Origin: an uncultured Gemmatimonadales bacterium
Lineage (GTDB): Bacteria; Gemmatimonadota; Gemmatimonadetes; Longimicrobiales; RSA9
DNA length: 64,000 nucleotides
Assembly: GCA_963798085.1 (NCBI GenBank)
Contig: CAWCRS010000002.1
Span: 256,001 to 320,000, forward strand
Direction of reading: 5' to 3'
Shown: piece by piece, positions 60,563 to 64,000 of the stretch
Position numbering within the stretch: the stretch's first letter is position 1
Layout: every line of letters begins with the position of its first letter
Translations under genes and position numbers: made by a program
The notes under the pieces: generated by a model
Databases searched by the model: none
What the model saw: the letters and a program-made list of their open reading frames with translations, nothing else
What the model was told of the DNA's origin: nothing

Positions 60563-62545
60563 ATGTGCAGGCGACGATTCTCCTTCACGCTCGCGTCGGT
60601 CTTCTGCCTCACCGGCGCATCCTCCGCCTTCGCGCAGGCGACAACCTCGGGGCCGCTGCGCCTGCCGAAGCTGTTCGCGGACGGCATGGTGGTGCAGCGC
60701 GACACGCGCATCCCCGTTCGCGGCTGGGCTTCGCCTGGCGCCGACATCAATGTGACGTTCAACCGCAATGTCCAGCATGGCTCCGCCGCCAGCAATGGGG
60801 AGTGGCAGGTGACATTTCCAGCCATGCCCGCCGGCGGCCCGTACGAGCTGACGGTCGAGAGCGGCGCCGAGCGCATTACACTGCACAATGTGCTGGTCGG
60901 CAATGTCTGGATCGCATCAGGGCAGTCCAACATGGAGTTGCGTGTCGCGGAGGCGAACAATGCGGCGCGCGAAATCGCGAACGCGCACGACCCGCAGCTG
61001 CGCCAGTTCAAGGTTCCCGATTCCTGGTCGTGGACGCCCGAATCCGACCTCGCCGGCGGCTCATGGACCGTCGCTGACCCGCAGCACGCGGGCGATTTCA
61101 GCGCCGTGGCGTACTACTTCGCGCGCGACCTGCGCACCACCATCCATGTGCCCATCGGTATCATCAACACATCGTGGGGCGGCAGCGCCATCGAGCCGTG
61201 GATCTCGCGCGCAGCGCTGGGCCTGGGCGACAGTGCATGGTCCGCCGTCGTGGACGGCGAGCGCGCATTTCAGGCCAGTGTCCGGGCTGGCCTGGAGGCG
61301 AAGCTCGGTGGACTGCCCGCGGCGGACAGCGGCCTCGTGAACGGCACCGCAGTCTGGGCCGATCCTGCGTACGATGATGCTGCCTGGACGATGCTGCCTG
61401 TGCCCGGCGCCTGGGAACGCGCCGGCTACCCGGGCCTCGATGGCGTTGCGTGGTACAGGACCACCGTCACGCTCTCCGCCGACGAGGCCGCACAGGGCGC
61501 CCGCCTGAGCCTGGCCACCGTCAATGATGCCGACATGACCTGGGTCAACGGCACACTCGTCGGCCAAACAGAGCGTTATAACCTGCCTCGGCTGTACGAC
61601 GTGCCTGCTGCCGCGCTGCACGCCGGCCGCAACGTGATCGCTGTGCGCGTGACCAATGGCGGCGGCAATGGCGGCATTATCGGACTGCCGTCGCAGGTCT
61701 TCCTCGAAACCGGTGTCGGGCGGCATGCGCTCGACCCGCAGTGGAGGTTCCGGGTGGCCCTCGTCTCCATCCGCGAAGACGGCCAGCACATCAACAAGAT
61801 TCCCACGATTCTCTACAACCGCATGCTTCACCCGCTGCTGCCCTTCCCCATTGCCGGCGTCCTCTGGTATCAGGGCGAGTCCAACGCCAACAACAATGCG
61901 CAGGCCTCCGCCTACCGCGCGCAGTTCGCCGCACTGATCACCAGCTGGCGCAACGAATGGCAGGGTGGCAGCGGCGGACGCGGCGGGCGGAAGGACTTCC
62001 CGTTCCTGTGGGTGCAGCTGCCCAATTTCGGCGCCGTCGACTCGGTGCCGCCGCTGCACGCCGCCTGGGCCACCATGCGCGCGTCGCAGAGCGCCGCGCT
62101 GGCGCTGCCCGCCACCGGCCAGGCCATCACCATCGACATCGGCGACCCCGGCAACATCCACCCGCGCGACAAACAGGATGTTGGCAAGCGCCTCGCGCTG
62201 CTCGCACGCGCCGTGGCCTACGGGCAGGCCGTGGAGTCCCGGGGCCCGACCTACCGCCGCCACAGCATCAGCGGCGGCCGCGTCACCATCGAGTTCGACC
62301 ACAGCGCCGGCGGGCTCGTGTCGCATGCGCCGGATAACACACTGCCAGGATTCGCCATTGCCGGCGCCGATCACAACTTCGTGGCGGCGCAGGCCCGGAT
62401 CGAAGGAAATCGTGTCGTCGTGTGGAATGCGAGTGTGCCGCAGCCGGTGGCCGTGCGTTACGCCTGGAGCAACAGCCCGCCGAACGCCAGCCTCTACAAC
62501 CAGGCCGGTCTGCCGGCGCCGCCCTTCCGCACCGACACGTGGTGA
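60563..62545 (+). CDS. Sialate O-acetylesterase family protein
   Basis: SGQSNM, WGGS, WYQGESN, IHPRDK, PFRTD. Confidence 0.92.
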   Translation: MCRRRFSFTLASVFCLTGASSAFAQATTSGPLRLPKLFADGMVVQRDTRIPVRGWASPGADINVTFNRNVQHGSAASNGEWQVTFPAMPAGGPYELTVESGAERITLHNVLVGNVWIASGQSNMELRVAEANNAAREIANAHDPQLRQFKVPDSWSWTPESDLAGGSWTVADPQHAGDFSAVAYYFARDLRTTIHVPIGIINTSWGGSAIEPWISRAALGLGDSAWSAVVDGERAFQASVRAGLEAKLGGLPAADSGLVNGTAVWADPAYDDAAWTMLPVPGAWERAGYPGLDGVAWYRTTVTLSADEAAQGARLSLATVNDADMTWVNGTLVGQTERYNLPRLYDVPAAALHAGRNVIAVRVTNGGGNGGIIGLPSQVFLETGVGRHALDPQWRFRVALVSIREDGQHINKIPTILYNRMLHPLLPFPIAGVLWYQGESNANNNAQASAYRAQFAALITSWRNEWQGGSGGRGGRKDFPFLWVQLPNFGAVDSVPPLHAAWATMRASQSAALALPATGQAITIDIGDPGNIHPRDKQDVGKRLALLARAVAYGQAVESRGPTYRRHSISGGRVTIEFDHSAGGLVSHAPDNTLPGFAIAGADHNFVAAQARIEGNRVVVWNASVPQPVAVRYAWSNSPPNASLYNQAGLPAPPFRTDTW

Positions 62546-62556
62546 CCAGGCCTGGC

Positions 62557-63840
62557 ATGGTGCTGCTCGCGCACACGCACGGCGCCCGATCGCATTCCAG
62601 GCGACGATACGGCCTCGGCCGCCGCACCCTCTGCCTGCGCATCGCTCTCTTTGCCATCCTGCTGGCGGCCGCGTGCGCACGGCCGCAGACCGGCGCCACG
62701 CAGAACACGCGCTGGATCGCCACCTGGGAGGCGCCGCCGCAGCTGACGGAAACGCGCAACCTGCCGCCTCCGCCCGGTCTCGCCAACAGCACATTACGGC
62801 AGCGCCTGCACGTGTCGCTGGGCGGACCGCGCGCTCGGCTGCGCCTGTCCAATGAGTTCGGCGATGGCCCGCTCACCATCGCCGCCGCGCGCATGGCGCT
62901 GCCCGCGGGCGCCGGCGCCATCCAGCCCGGCAGCGACCACGCCCTCACCTTCGGCGGGCAGGCCGGCATCACGATTCCGGCCGGGACCGCCGCCACATCG
63001 GACGCGTTCGACTACGACATTGCGCCACTGTCCGACGTCGTCGTCAGCCTGCGCATCACCGTCATGCCTGCCGCCGTGACGGGGCACCCGGGCTCGCGCA
63101 CCACTTCGTTCCTGCAATCGGGCGACTGGTCCGCAGCCCCACAACTGCCATCCCCCGCGACCACCGAGCACTGGTACGTGATCAGCGGACTCGAGGTGCT
63201 CGCGCCGGCCCGAGCCAGAGCCATTGCAGTACTCGGCAATTCGATTACCGATGGACGCGGCTCCGGCACCGACCGTGATGATCGCTGGCCCGATAACCTG
63301 TCGAGGCGCCTGCAGAGCGACGCGCGTACCCGCGACATCGCCGTGCTGAATGCCGGCATTGGCGGCAATTGCGTGGTACAGGGCGGACTCGGGCCCACCG
63401 CGCTGCAACGATTGGATCGCAATGTGCTCGAACAGCCCGGCGGCCATTGGCTGATCGTGCTCGAGGGCGTCAACGACATCGGTACTGCCGGGCCGGGCGA
63501 TGCGTCCGCTCGCGTGGCGCAGGACCTGATCGCCGCGTATCGCCAGATCATCGACCGTGCCCATGCGCGAGGTCTGCGCGTCTACGGCGCGACCATCCTG
63601 CCCTTCGGTGGATCCTTTTACGACAATCCCGACCACGAGGCGGCGCGTCAGACCGTCAACCAGTGGATCCGCACGAGCGCTGCATGGGACGCGGTCATTG
63701 ATCTGGACGCGGTGGTGCGTGATCCCGCCGCGCCCGCGCATCTGCTCGCCTCGGCCGACAGCGGCGACCACCTGCACCCCGGCGAACAGGGCTATCGCAT
63801 GATCGCGGACGCGATCGACCTCGGCCTCTTCGTCGACTAA
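62557..63840 (+). CDS. SGNH/GDSL hydrolase lipoprotein
   Basis: GNSITDG, NAGIGGN, GVND, DHLHP. Confidence 0.9.
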   Translation: MVLLAHTHGARSHSRRRYGLGRRTLCLRIALFAILLAAACARPQTGATQNTRWIATWEAPPQLTETRNLPPPPGLANSTLRQRLHVSLGGPRARLRLSNEFGDGPLTIAAARMALPAGAGAIQPGSDHALTFGGQAGITIPAGTAATSDAFDYDIAPLSDVVVSLRITVMPAAVTGHPGSRTTSFLQSGDWSAAPQLPSPATTEHWYVISGLEVLAPARARAIAVLGNSITDGRGSGTDRDDRWPDNLSRRLQSDARTRDIAVLNAGIGGNCVVQGGLGPTALQRLDRNVLEQPGGHWLIVLEGVNDIGTAGPGDASARVAQDLIAAYRQIIDRAHARGLRVYGATILPFGGSFYDNPDHEAARQTVNQWIRTSAAWDAVIDLDAVVRDPAAPAHLLASADSGDHLHPGEQGYRMIADAIDLGLFVD

Positions 63841-63906
63841 CCAGCCGTTTGGCCCGGCCACCGGCCAGCCCGGCGGCCCGCCGGTTCAATCACGCCGGGC
63901 CCGCCC

Positions 63907-64000
63907 TCAGCGCTGGCTCCAGGGCGGCACCACCCGGTTCATGCGGGCATACGCGATGGCCTGGCCCAGGTGTTCGTGCATGTCGTTGGCCATCAGCGTG
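63907..64000 (-). CDS. DinB-family protein, C-terminal part (5' end outside the window)
   Basis: DMHEHLGQAIAYARMNRVVPPWS*. Confidence 0.75.
   Translation of the reverse strand, partial: TLMANDMHEHLGQAIAYARMNRVVPPWSQR

Noticed and set aside
1..64000. CRISPR array, tRNA/rRNA, transposase or integrase
   Set aside because: No regularly spaced repeats, cloverleafs or DDE/tyrosine/serine recombinase motifs seen by eye

Overview
GC-rich (~68-70%) bacterial accessory region. Gene content and style suggest Gemmatimonadota (inference). It holds about 55 mostly unrelated cargo genes and several single-base frameshifts that look like long-read errors. No rRNA, tRNA, CRISPR array, integrase or transposase was seen. 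Main content: a partial Macro-TIR protein, an FkbH/ACP/MaoC/GT-C envelope-modification cluster, a Rad50-like ATPase with a small HEPN-like partner, an ankyrin-nucleotidyltransferase-UvrA-like operon, a TIR-PASTA-inactive papain fusion, split LigD ligase/polymerase genes, an ECF sigma-ankyrin fusion, and an intact vapBC inside a collapsed type III RM/UvrD island. The most striking signal is a pair of ~130-nt structured 5' leaders (33972-34105 minus; 53931-54061 plus). They share architecture, spacing and a covarying anti-Shine-Dalgarno pairing. Each precedes an ankyrin protein with the same small N-terminal helical domain, which recurs at the C-terminus of the sigma-ankyrin fusion. This is a candidate RNA-plus-protein regulatory system that I do not recognise. 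An AT-rich TAA-N6-GTYAG motif resembling a tyrosine-recombinase site also recurs at gene and fragment boundaries.
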